Source: a virus
Virus record (IMG/VR): IMGVR_UViG_3300046787_000327
Location: 1 to 64,000 of that record
DNA: 64,000 bases
Strand: one strand, 5' to 3'
A program made the translations under genes and the position numbers. Positions 14,452 to 23,460 of the stretch are shown here, in pieces. Within the stretch, counting starts at the first letter, position 1. Each line of letters starts with the position of its first letter. The notes beneath the pieces were generated by a model. The model made no database searches. It worked only from the letters and a program-made list of their open reading frames with translations, and was not told the origin of the DNA.

Positions 14452-15488
14452 AAACTGCACTTGTATTAGGGGCTGGAGGCTTTATAGGAAGCCATATGGT
14501 TAAGCGGTTAAAGTCTGAGGGGTACTGGGTAAGAGGAGTTGACTTGAAGCATCCAGAGTTCTCTGACACACAGGCTGATGAGTTTATTGTTCGTGATCTA
14601 TCAGACCAAGACAATATGAATAAGGCCATCTTGTTTAAGGGGTATGCAGGAAACTTTTATAAAGACATCCCATATAAACTATTAGACTCGTTTGACGAGA
14701 TCTATCAGTTTGCAGCAGATATGGGTGGAGCAGGATATATATTTACTGGAGAGAATGATTCTAAAATTATGGAAAACTCTGCATTGATTAATCTTAATTT
14801 GCTTAGAGCACAGTCTAGGTTTAATGATGAGTATGGGGTTAACAAGACAAAGATTTTTTACAGCAGTTCTGCCTGTATGTACCCTGACTATAAGCAGTTG
14901 GATGTTAATAATCCTGGACTCAAGGAGTCTGACGCATACCCTGCTGATCCTGATAGTGAGTATGGCTGGGAAAAGTTGTTTAGTGAAAGATTGTTCCTAG
15001 CCTTTCAAAAAAATAATGGTATCCCCGTAAGAATTGCTAGATACCATAATATTTTTGGACCAGAGGGAACTTGGCAGGGTGGAAAAGAGAAAGCACCAGC
15101 AGCAATATGTAGAAAAGTTATACAGGCAATAGATTCTATGGAAATTTGGGGGGATGGAGAGCAGACACGATCATTTCTATACATAGATGAATGCATAGAG
15201 GCTACAAGAAGGCTCATGTCTTCAGATTTCTCTGGACCTGTAAATATTGGATCTGAGGAAATGGTCACTATCAATCAGTTAGTTGACATTGCCTGTGAAG
15301 TTGAAGGCAAGGACTTAAAAAGGATTCACATACCTGGACCGCTAGGCGTACGTGGCAGAAACTCTAATAATGATTTGGTTAGAAAAGAGTTAGGCTGGGA
15401 CTACTCAATGTCTCTTAAAGAAGGTATAGGAAAAACTTATACCTGGATTAAGGGTCAAATAAATAGCCCCAGCCAACAAATTAGTTAG
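14448..15488 (+). CDS. NAD-dependent epimerase, GDP-mannose 3,5-epimerase-like
   Basis: GAGGFIG, AADMGG, SSAC, YGWEK, EKAPAAxCRK. Confidence 0.85.
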   Translation: MKTALVLGAGGFIGSHMVKRLKSEGYWVRGVDLKHPEFSDTQADEFIVRDLSDQDNMNKAILFKGYAGNFYKDIPYKLLDSFDEIYQFAADMGGAGYIFTGENDSKIMENSALINLNLLRAQSRFNDEYGVNKTKIFYSSSACMYPDYKQLDVNNPGLKESDAYPADPDSEYGWEKLFSERLFLAFQKNNGIPVRIARYHNIFGPEGTWQGGKEKAPAAICRKVIQAIDSMEIWGDGEQTRSFLYIDECIEATRRLMSSDFSGPVNIGSEEMVTINQLVDIACEVEGKDLKRIHIPGPLGVRGRNSNNDLVRKELGWDYSMSLKEGIGKTYTWIKGQINSPSQQIS

Positions 15489-16035
15489 GGAACTGAGCCA
15501 TCCACTGCTTAGTGCGTGGAGTCAATCCATGCCAGGCAGACCAGTCTCTGCCACCATTTGACATATGAAATGCAATCTGTGCATTAACTACTGGATTCAA
15601 AAGATCAGAGTTAGTAACAAGTTCAAACTTGTCACGACGATCTGGTCCTAGCATTCCAATCATGTTAATCTGAAATAAACCCCAAGAGTTATCCCCAGTT
15701 TTAGCATTAGGGTTAATTCTTATGGGCTGTCCGTTAGTTTCTTTCTTTGCAACTCCCCAAGCCTCAACAAGGTTAGATCCTCTGAATCCAACAAGATGAA
15801 GCAGTTCCTTTAGTTCTAAATCAGTGAGAGTTCCTTTGTTCTCAAAACTCTTTAATTTTTCCTCCTTAGAAACCAAAAAAACCTCTTGCGAGGTGGTTTT
15901 CAAGATCTGAGCCTGTTCGGGCTTGGTATTACTTTTAAGCGGAGCAGCATTAGCACTGTTAGAAAATACAGCAAATACTGCGATGATACTGAGTGTGCTA
16001 ATGATCTCTTTGTTTCTTTCGATAAATTTAATCAT
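15481..16035 (-). CDS. Secreted lytic transglycosylase (SLT/Rpf-like lysozyme fold)
   Basis: Signal peptide (ANA); catalytic E in KKET; GLFQIN; W..W; AGGAGG RBS. Confidence 0.8.
   Translation of the reverse strand: MIKFIERNKEIISTLSIIAVFAVFSNSANAAPLKSNTKPEQAQILKTTSQEVFLVSKEEKLKSFENKGTLTDLELKELLHLVGFRGSNLVEAWGVAKKETNGQPIRINPNAKTGDNSWGLFQINMIGMLGPDRRDKFELVTNSDLLNPVVNAQIAFHMSNGGRDWSAWHGLTPRTKQWMAQFPN
15869..15901. terminator. Terminator-like hairpin inside the transglycosylase gene
   Basis: Minus strand ACCUC-GCAA-GAGGU followed by a U-run. Confidence 0.5.
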
Positions 16036-16083
16036 AGTTTCCTCCTTAGAAAACAATAACACCCTGGTAGGTGTCTACTGACA

Positions 16084-16113
16084 AGTATAACATAATTTTC
16101 AACGGTATGTCAA
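16084..16113 (-). promoter_or_regulatory. Promoter TTGACA-N18-TATACT for the transglycosylase
   Basis: Consensus hexamers, extended TG. Confidence 0.7.
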
Positions 16114-16141
16114 GTTATAGGAGTGGTATAATAAATACACT

Positions 16142-16663
16142 ATGGCTACAGGAAATACAGGCGACGGACTCTATAATCTACCCTTCCCCGTTGCAGACGA
16201 CCCAGTAAATGTTCATGGTGACATAGAGTCATTAGTACAAAGATTATTACTCATATTGCCACCCCTAGGTCTTTCTCAGTTTCAACTTGCAGTTATTAAC
16301 AAGAGTGGTTCAGCAATTCCAGCGGGAACACCAGTTTATGCTTCAGGATTTGACAACACCTCATCAAAGACAACCGTATCAAAATCCCTCCCCTCAACTG
16401 AAAACCCAATCTTGGGTTTAGCAAAGACTTCAATTGCAGATGACTCTGAGGGAATTGTAGTCGTTGCAGGAGTTATGGAAAATATTAATACTTCTGGTTT
16501 TGAAAATGGAGACACCCTTTATGTTGGTTCTTCTGGTGGACTCTCTAGTACCCAGTCAGGTGGCGCAGTAGGCGTCGTAGCCCATGCAGCATCTTCAGGG
16601 GTAATTATTGTAGAGGCAAAGGGTAATGGAACATGGGGGGCACTAAAGGCTGGATTAGCCTAA
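16142..16663 (+). CDS. Putative virion protein
   Basis: LPFP..DP.N actinophage minor-tail N-terminus; G..LYV...G cement/fibre-like motif. Confidence 0.55.
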   Translation: MATGNTGDGLYNLPFPVADDPVNVHGDIESLVQRLLLILPPLGLSQFQLAVINKSGSAIPAGTPVYASGFDNTSSKTTVSKSLPSTENPILGLAKTSIADDSEGIVVVAGVMENINTSGFENGDTLYVGSSGGLSSTQSGGAVGVVAHAASSGVIIVEAKGNGTWGALKAGLA

Positions 16664-16681
16664 TAGTGATATAATAACAAC

Positions 16682-17080
16682 ATGGCAACTTTAAGAGGAT
16701 CCGCTTCATCATATGATATTGGCAATAAGCCACCAACAGTTCTTTGGACTGTGGTTCGTGGAGATACCTCTGGGTTTAGAGTTTATGCAACAGATGACGC
16801 AAAGCAACCACTAGTAATTTCTGAGTGGGATATCTCAATGAAGTTTAAGAGACCAAACTCAAACCCTGGAGTTATCTCAGATGATGCAACTCTTATCTTT
16901 ACATTAACTCCAGCACCAGATGACGATGACCAGATTGGTGAGTTCACTGTATGGTTAACATCAGCGGAATCTGTTCAACTTGAAACAGGAGACATCTTTG
17001 ACATTCAGTTGTCTGACCCAACAAGAGTTTGGACTGTTGCTCAGGGCAGCATGAAGATCCTTGAAGATGTAACTGACTAA
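16682..17080 (+). CDS. Virion Ig-like (BppU N-terminal-like) protein
   Basis: VVRGDT...FDIQL; paralog of 7042. Confidence 0.55.
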   Translation: MATLRGSASSYDIGNKPPTVLWTVVRGDTSGFRVYATDDAKQPLVISEWDISMKFKRPNSNPGVISDDATLIFTLTPAPDDDDQIGEFTVWLTSAESVQLETGDIFDIQLSDPTRVWTVAQGSMKILEDVTD

Positions 17081-17301
17081 TGGCAACATCAGTAATTATA
17101 AATGATTTAAACCATCAAACTAAAAAGATTGAAACAATTGATTACCCAATTATTCAGATCGATGACCCACTAAGATTAGTTTCCATTACTGAAATACTTC
17201 CATTTAGAGTAAAGTTTACAGCAATTCAAATCCAAAGCGCATCGTCTATGATTCCTGCAATCCCCTTACAGGTTATTGGTTATAGCAACTATATTCTTTA
17301 A
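17080..17301 (+). CDS. Hypothetical protein
   Basis: ORF; TAATG overlap. Confidence 0.6.
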   Translation: MATSVIINDLNHQTKKIETIDYPIIQIDDPLRLVSITEILPFRVKFTAIQIQSASSMIPAIPLQVIGYSNYIL

Positions 17302-17333
17302 TTATTTAATTAAAACCATGCTATAATAACGAC

Positions 17334-17780
17334 ATGGCTAAAATATCAATTCCAGGAGTTAAGGGTCTGTTCCAATCTGGAGATAGACCATCTCAAGAAA
17401 ACTACGAAGACCTCATTGACACGCTGTCAGCCCAATCAACAGATTTAGGTACAGCAGGTAACAATGAAAATACAATCACGGGTATTGAGAACGTAACTGT
17501 TATTGATAACTTTGATGCTACAGTTTGGCGTATGGTGAAGTACATTATCTCTATCGCTAAAACATCAGCAGGGGACAATAAGTTCTATGCTACAGAAATG
17601 ACAATTCTCGTTGACGGTGCAGATGTATCAGTCAGCGAATATGGAACAATCGACAATGATGGGAATATTGGCACCATTAATGTCTCTCGCACTGGAAATA
17701 CCGTGGCCTTAACAGTCACTCCAGATAATGCGATCAAGCCAGTCACTGTACGTTACGCACGTATGGGACTTAAGGCATAA
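17334..17780 (+). CDS. Putative fibre-associated virion protein
   Basis: F..GD.P..E.Y.DLID N-terminus; KY...TE...EYG domain shared with the 17800 C-terminus. Confidence 0.6.
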   Translation: MAKISIPGVKGLFQSGDRPSQENYEDLIDTLSAQSTDLGTAGNNENTITGIENVTVIDNFDATVWRMVKYIISIAKTSAGDNKFYATEMTILVDGADVSVSEYGTIDNDGNIGTINVSRTGNTVALTVTPDNAIKPVTVRYARMGLKA

Positions 17781-17799
17781 TTAAAAAGGAGATATAAAA

Positions 17800-19857
17800 A
17801 TGGCAACAGTAAATAAAGATTTTAAGATTAAGAGTGGCCTCGTAGTTGAGGGTACAACGGGTACAATCAACGGATACAACATCCTTACAGAGTCACAAGA
17901 TTCACAAGACTTCATCATTGATATTATTGGTGGAGAAACACTCATCACATCTGTTGAGTCAACACAGTTGGAAGTTATTTCTGGCGAACTCAATGTAAAG
18001 TCTGGCGTATTTGATGCAGACGGAGCAGCAGCAGCCGCCGAGACAGCAGCAAACTCATACACAGACGGTGAAATTACAACAGCACTTAACACTGCTCAAG
18101 GATATGCAGATACAGCAGAGGCTGACGCAAAGTCATATGCTGATGGTCTTGCCACCAACTATGACCCAGCAGGTTCTGCTACAACAGCAGAAAACAATGC
18201 TAAGTCATATGCCGACGGTCTTGCATCTAACTATGATCCAGCAGGCTCTGCTACAACTGCTCAGACAAACGCTGAGAACTACGCAGACAGTTTAGCATCT
18301 AACTATGATCCAGCAGGTTCAGCAACTACAGCATATAACGATGCAGTCTCAGCAGCATCAAGCGATGCTACAACAAAGGCAAATGCTGCAGAAACAAATG
18401 CTAATGAGTATACAGATGGAGAAATTTCAACTGCGCTTACAACAGCACAAGGATATGCAGATACAGCAGAGGCAAATGCTAATGCATACACAGACAACGC
18501 AGTTTCTGGCCTTAACTGGAAGCAAGCAGTAAACCTTCTTTATGATGCAGCAATTCCAGTACTATCTGGCAGCGGAGCGTCACAGTTAATTGTTGATGGT
18601 CACGACCCACTCGGAGATGCTGATAGCGGATACAGAGTTCTTATTACTCAGTCATCAGATGCTGGTATCTATGTCTTTAACAGCACAGCAGGATCTTGGA
18701 CACTTACTCGTGCAGATGATGCAGATGAGTTTGGTGAACTTATTGGTTCAGCAGTCTATGTTATGGAAGGAACTCAGTATGGTTCAACATCATGGGTTCA
18801 GTCAAATCACTACTTAACTAACTTTTCAGGTCAGTCTTGGACACAGTTCTCAGGACAAGGATCTGTAACAGCAGGTTCAGGTATCACAGTAGACGGTCTT
18901 GAAGTTTCTATCAACCGCACAACTGTTGATAACTGGTATGATGAGTCAGGCGCAGCATCAGATGCACAGGCAGCAGCAGAATCATACGCTGATGGACTAG
19001 CATCAAACTATGATCCAGCAGGATCTGCACAAGGTGCATACGATAACGCAGTTACATATGTAGATGGCGAAATCACAACAGCACTTGGAACCGCTCAGGG
19101 GTACGCAGATCAAGCAGAACTTGATGCAGTATCAACAGCAAACTCATACACTGATGGTGAGATCACAACTGCACTTTCAACTGCACAGGGCTATGCTAAC
19201 ACAGCAGAGCAAAATGCAAAGGACTATGCAGACACTGTAGCAGGCGGACTTGACACAGACGATATTGAAGAGGGTGTAAACAACCTTTACTATACAAGCA
19301 ATCGTGCAAAGTCAGAAGCAGCAACATTATTAATCAATGCTACAAAGACTAATATCACAATTACTGGAGATGTAAATAATGATCTTACAATCACAGCAGA
19401 AAACGGTGTAGCAGATTCTACAACTGATGATCTTGCTGAGGGTGAAGATAATCTTTACTTCACAAACACTCGTGTAATTGATGCGGTATCTGGAGCAAAT
19501 ATCGAGCCAAACAGAGTTATCTTCGGTGGCCTAACAAAGCAAGAGTACATGAATCAAACAGTTGCAAATGCATCAACAGTAACTCTTGGAATTCTTGGCG
19601 ATGGCTATCTGGCAGCAAAGTACGTAGTTCGTGTAGGAGCAACAGTTTCTGGAGTAGAGCACTCACAGATGACAGAGATCCTCATGACAAAGGATGGCAA
19701 TAATAATATTGCAATCTTGGAATACGGAACAATCTGTACTGATACAAATAACCTTGCTTCATTCACTGGAGATGTTTATATGGGTACCCCAGCACTAAAG
19801 GCTACTACCCTTGTAAATGATGCAAGCATTGTAGTCTCAGCAACACTAATTAAATAA
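17800..19857 (+). CDS. Tail fibre with Ala-rich coiled-coil repeats
   Basis: Repeats YADGLASNYDPAGSA and YTDGEITTAL; EGxxNLY motifs. Confidence 0.75.
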   Translation: MATVNKDFKIKSGLVVEGTTGTINGYNILTESQDSQDFIIDIIGGETLITSVESTQLEVISGELNVKSGVFDADGAAAAAETAANSYTDGEITTALNTAQGYADTAEADAKSYADGLATNYDPAGSATTAENNAKSYADGLASNYDPAGSATTAQTNAENYADSLASNYDPAGSATTAYNDAVSAASSDATTKANAAETNANEYTDGEISTALTTAQGYADTAEANANAYTDNAVSGLNWKQAVNLLYDAAIPVLSGSGASQLIVDGHDPLGDADSGYRVLITQSSDAGIYVFNSTAGSWTLTRADDADEFGELIGSAVYVMEGTQYGSTSWVQSNHYLTNFSGQSWTQFSGQGSVTAGSGITVDGLEVSINRTTVDNWYDESGAASDAQAAAESYADGLASNYDPAGSAQGAYDNAVTYVDGEITTALGTAQGYADQAELDAVSTANSYTDGEITTALSTAQGYANTAEQNAKDYADTVAGGLDTDDIEEGVNNLYYTSNRAKSEAATLLINATKTNITITGDVNNDLTITAENGVADSTTDDLAEGEDNLYFTNTRVIDAVSGANIEPNRVIFGGLTKQEYMNQTVANASTVTLGILGDGYLAAKYVVRVGATVSGVEHSQMTEILMTKDGNNNIAILEYGTICTDTNNLASFTGDVYMGTPALKATTLVNDASIVVSATLIK

Positions 19858-19871
19858 GTAACTAAAAGGTT

Positions 19872-19896
19872 TGGGGGATCCTTTCAAAATCCCCCA
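19872..19896. terminator. GC-rich hairpin after the fibre gene
   Basis: TGGGGGAT...ATCCCCCA. Confidence 0.55.
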
Positions 19897-19925
19897 TAAT
19901 AAAATGTGGTAAAGAGGAGAAATAA

Positions 19926-20378
19926 ATGGCAACAGTAGAAAAAGACTTTAAGGTCAAAAATGGCTTAATCGTCTCACTTGGGGGAACCTTTGGTGGGACT
20001 GTCACAGTTGACACTCCTACAGAAGCACAGCATGCAGCAACCAAAGATTATGTAGATCAAGCAACTGGAGTAGAAGTATCAAGTACTCCTCCAGCAATTA
20101 CAAGAGATGGCCAATTCTATCTCAATTCAGACACATTGCATTTATCTGTCGCATATGACGATGAATGGCTCGTTCTAGCGAATTTCCTAGACACATTAAA
20201 TTTACCACAGCACATCCACGATACATCTATCGATGGCAATGGACTTGTGGTGACATTATTCCAAGATGCTGGTTTTTACTATGAAGTCCCCCAATCATTT
20301 AGTGATGGTGGAACATATCAACAGACCATCTGGGATGTGCTTTTTGACGGCGGTATAGCAGTAGATAATTTCAATTAA
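19926..20378 (+). CDS. Short fibre-like virion protein
   Basis: N-terminus paralogous to 17800; AATKDYVD fibre motif. Confidence 0.65.
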   Translation: MATVEKDFKVKNGLIVSLGGTFGGTVTVDTPTEAQHAATKDYVDQATGVEVSSTPPAITRDGQFYLNSDTLHLSVAYDDEWLVLANFLDTLNLPQHIHDTSIDGNGLVVTLFQDAGFYYEVPQSFSDGGTYQQTIWDVLFDGGIAVDNFN

Positions 20379-20432
20379 ATTGATGTTATAATAAGATAAG
20401 TAATGGGCAGCACCCATAAGGAGATATAAAAT

Positions 20433-22139
20433 ATGGCAACTAGAATGCAACAACGCAGAGGAACTGCAGCGCAATGGACTAGCGCAAACCCTATCCTGGC
20501 AGCAGGAGAAATCGGTTTTGAGTCAGATACCAGCAAGTTTAAGATTGGTGATGGAGTAAATCACTGGGCAGACCTGATCTACTACGCATCTGCAGAAGAA
20601 CTCTCTTCCCTTATTGATGGTGCACCAGACCTACTTAATACATTAAATGAACTAGCAGCAGCCATTGGAGATGACCCATCATTCCTTACAACTGTCGCTG
20701 ATAACCTTTCTGCTCACTCATCAGATACAACATCTGTACACGGAATTGCAAATACAGCACTTCTTGCCACACAGTCTGCCGTAGATAGTTCTATTGCTAC
20801 TGCTCAAGCAGCAATTGAATTAGCATATGCTGCAGCAATTTCTGAGCATAGCACAGACACCACAAATGTCCATGGTATTGCAGACACGGCTGACTTGGCA
20901 ACAAGTGGAGATATCGACGCACACAATACACAGACCACAAACGTACATGGAATTGCAGACACAGCAGCACTAGCACTGACATCAGATTTATCTGATCACT
21001 CAACTGCTACAGAAAATATTCATGGTATTGCAAATACGGCAGATCTTGCAACATTCCAAGATGTTCAAGATGCAATCGCAACTGCATCGACTGACCAATC
21101 AGCCTCAGCAGGTGTCGGTATTGACTGGAACACAGTTTCACAGGCTTTTGATATTGATAGCACAGTTGCAACTAAGACATATGCAGATGATTCAGTCTCT
21201 ACACATAACTCTGAGACAACGAACGTACACGGTATTGCAGACACTGCAGAGATTGCAACTAAGACATACGCAGACAGTGCAGTATCAACTCACAACTCTG
21301 ATACCACAAGTGTGCATGGCATTGCAGACACATCAGTTTTAGCAACAGATTCTGACGTACAAGATGCTAAGGACTATGCTGATTCACAAATTGATTCACA
21401 CGTAGCAGTTACTACAAATATTCATGGAATTGCAGATACATCAAAGGTTGTACTAAAAGATGCAACAGCAACAACACTTGATGGAAGCCTTACAGTTGAT
21501 GGAGACCTAATTGTAAATGGTACAACAACAACTGTTTCAGCACAAGATCTCGTCGTATCTGACCCACTGATCTACATTGGTGAAGGAAACACAGCAAATC
21601 TTGTTGACCTTGGTCTTGTATCATCATTTAATGATGGAACATACCAGCACTCAGGTATTGCTCGTGATTCCTCTGCTGGAAAGTGGAAGATCTTCAAGGG
21701 TGTAACTGATGAACCAACTACAACAATCAATTTTGCTCAGGGATCACTTGATGACCTAGCAGTAAATAATGTTGAAGTTTCTGGAGTAGTCTTTACAGAC
21801 GGAACACAAACAAAGGAAGGCGTTCCTTCACGTACACCAATCGTAAAGAAAACAGCCTCATACACACTTTCATCACTTGGTGAGAGAGACTCAGTAATTG
21901 AAGTTGAATCTTCATCAGCAACAACAGTTACGATTCCAGCAGAATCTTCTGTGAACTACCCAGTTGGAACATCTATAGATGTACTACAAACATCAACTGG
22001 TCAAGTTACAATTGCAGGAGCAGCAGGGGTTACAGTCAACTCAACACCTGGTCTAAAGTTAAGAACACGATGGTCTTCAGCAACTCTCTTTAAGCGAGCA
22101 GCAGACACATGGGTTGTTTACGGCGACTTAACAGCATAA
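20433..22139 (+). CDS. Tail fibre (Mtd-N-like N-terminus, VHGIADT repeats)
   Basis: RRGTAAQW...GEIGFExDT; LNTLNELAAA; 8 HGIA repeats. Confidence 0.8.
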   Translation: MATRMQQRRGTAAQWTSANPILAAGEIGFESDTSKFKIGDGVNHWADLIYYASAEELSSLIDGAPDLLNTLNELAAAIGDDPSFLTTVADNLSAHSSDTTSVHGIANTALLATQSAVDSSIATAQAAIELAYAAAISEHSTDTTNVHGIADTADLATSGDIDAHNTQTTNVHGIADTAALALTSDLSDHSTATENIHGIANTADLATFQDVQDAIATASTDQSASAGVGIDWNTVSQAFDIDSTVATKTYADDSVSTHNSETTNVHGIADTAEIATKTYADSAVSTHNSDTTSVHGIADTSVLATDSDVQDAKDYADSQIDSHVAVTTNIHGIADTSKVVLKDATATTLDGSLTVDGDLIVNGTTTTVSAQDLVVSDPLIYIGEGNTANLVDLGLVSSFNDGTYQHSGIARDSSAGKWKIFKGVTDEPTTTINFAQGSLDDLAVNNVEVSGVVFTDGTQTKEGVPSRTPIVKKTASYTLSSLGERDSVIEVESSSATTVTIPAESSVNYPVGTSIDVLQTSTGQVTIAGAAGVTVNSTPGLKLRTRWSSATLFKRAADTWVVYGDLTA

Positions 22140-22169
22140 TAAAATTTAATAAGAAACTAGGAGATAAAC

Positions 22170-23438
22170 ATGGCAGCAGGTAAGAAATCAGGCAGAAAGT
22201 CCCAAGCGTCAAATGACTTCTTGGAACCATTAGCACCAACAGGTGTGACTGGAACAGATGTAGGAACAGGAAGAGCATTTGATAATGGTGCAGCAACTGT
22301 TACCTTCTCTTTACCAGCACTATCACCTGCTGCTACATCCTATACAGTAACAGCAAGCACAGGGCAAACAGCAACAGGATCATCTTCTCCTATTACAGTT
22401 ACTGGCTTGCCTTCTAACACATCTGTAACCTTTACAGTAACTGCAACTAATGCTGCAGGAACTTCTCAGGCCTCATCTGCTTCTTCAGCATTAACAGTAA
22501 CAACTGTTCCAGCAACACCTTCAGCACCAACTGCAACAGCAGGTGTTAATCAAGATACAGTTGCATGGACAGCACCATCAAATGGTGGGTCTGCTATTAC
22601 TGGATACACCTGGGCGTCATCAGACTCTAAGGGTGGATCAACTGCAGGAACTTCTGTTACAGTTTCACAGGAAGCAAATACTGCACAGACATATACAGTC
22701 TATGCAACAAATGCTAACGGAAACTCAGGAACATCGGCAGCATCTAACTCTGTTACGACAGTGCCACCGTTCTTCCCACCGTTCTTCCCACCTTACTTCC
22801 CTTACTTCCCTTACTTCCCGTTCTTCCCACCATTCTTCCCACCATCATTCCCATTCTTCCCACCGTTCTTCCCGTTCTTCCCACCATTCTTCCCACCGTT
22901 CTTCCCACCATCATTTCCGTACTTCCCGTACTTCATCCCTTGGTTTGGACCACCATGTGTAGAAGAGAACACACTGGTTGACACACCTAACGGACAGATT
23001 CCTGTAAAGAATCTTCAAGTTGGAGATGTAATTTGGTCAACACCAATCACTGAACTAGACGAGTCTGAGCCAGACTGGAACAAGTACGCTTGGTCCTCAA
23101 ACAGCCTAAATACAGGCAACTTGGTTGAGACAACTATTACAGCGATGGAGACTGTTGAGGAGTCAGATATCATCTGTTTCAATGGAAACACAGATATTCG
23201 AATTACCTTCACACAACCAATATTCGTAAAAACACTCAATAATCAGTACAAGATTAAAGAGGCCTACTACGTAGAAATTGGAGAGAGTTTGATAGTCGTA
23301 GACTCAACTGGTCAAAAGGTTGAAGTTCCTGTAACAGATATCGAACACTTCACAGACGAAGTAGTCAATGTATACCAGATTTCCTGTGAACCGTACGACT
23401 GGTTCTTTGTAAGTGGTATACTAGTACACAACAAGTAA
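22170..23438 (+). CDS. Protein with 2 FN3 domains, a Pro/Phe tract and a C-terminal Hint domain
   Basis: FN3 motifs (VTGL...FTVTATNAAG); 64-aa PPFF tract; Hint about 84% identical to that of 10062. Confidence 0.85.
   Translation: MAAGKKSGRKSQASNDFLEPLAPTGVTGTDVGTGRAFDNGAATVTFSLPALSPAATSYTVTASTGQTATGSSSPITVTGLPSNTSVTFTVTATNAAGTSQASSASSALTVTTVPATPSAPTATAGVNQDTVAWTAPSNGGSAITGYTWASSDSKGGSTAGTSVTVSQEANTAQTYTVYATNANGNSGTSAASNSVTTVPPFFPPFFPPYFPYFPYFPFFPPFFPPSFPFFPPFFPFFPPFFPPFFPPSFPYFPYFIPWFGPPCVEENTLVDTPNGQIPVKNLQVGDVIWSTPITELDESEPDWNKYAWSSNSLNTGNLVETTITAMETVEESDIICFNGNTDIRITFTQPIFVKTLNNQYKIKEAYYVEIGESLIVVDSTGQKVEVPVTDIEHFTDEVVNVYQISCEPYDWFFVSGILVHNK
22764..22955 (+). repeat. PPFF/PYF low-complexity coding repeat
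   Basis: Directly visible. Confidence 0.9.
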
Positions 23439-23460
23439 TCTAATAGAAAGCAGGGGGCAT

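Noticed and set aside
16036-16083. c-di-AMP (ydaO) riboswitch ahead of the transglycosylase
   Set aside because: Leader is only about 40 nt with one small hairpin
11577-23438. Twin Hint regions as a DGR template/variable repeat pair
   Set aside because: Both copies are coding, differences are largely synonymous and not adenine-specific, and there is no reverse transcriptase in the window
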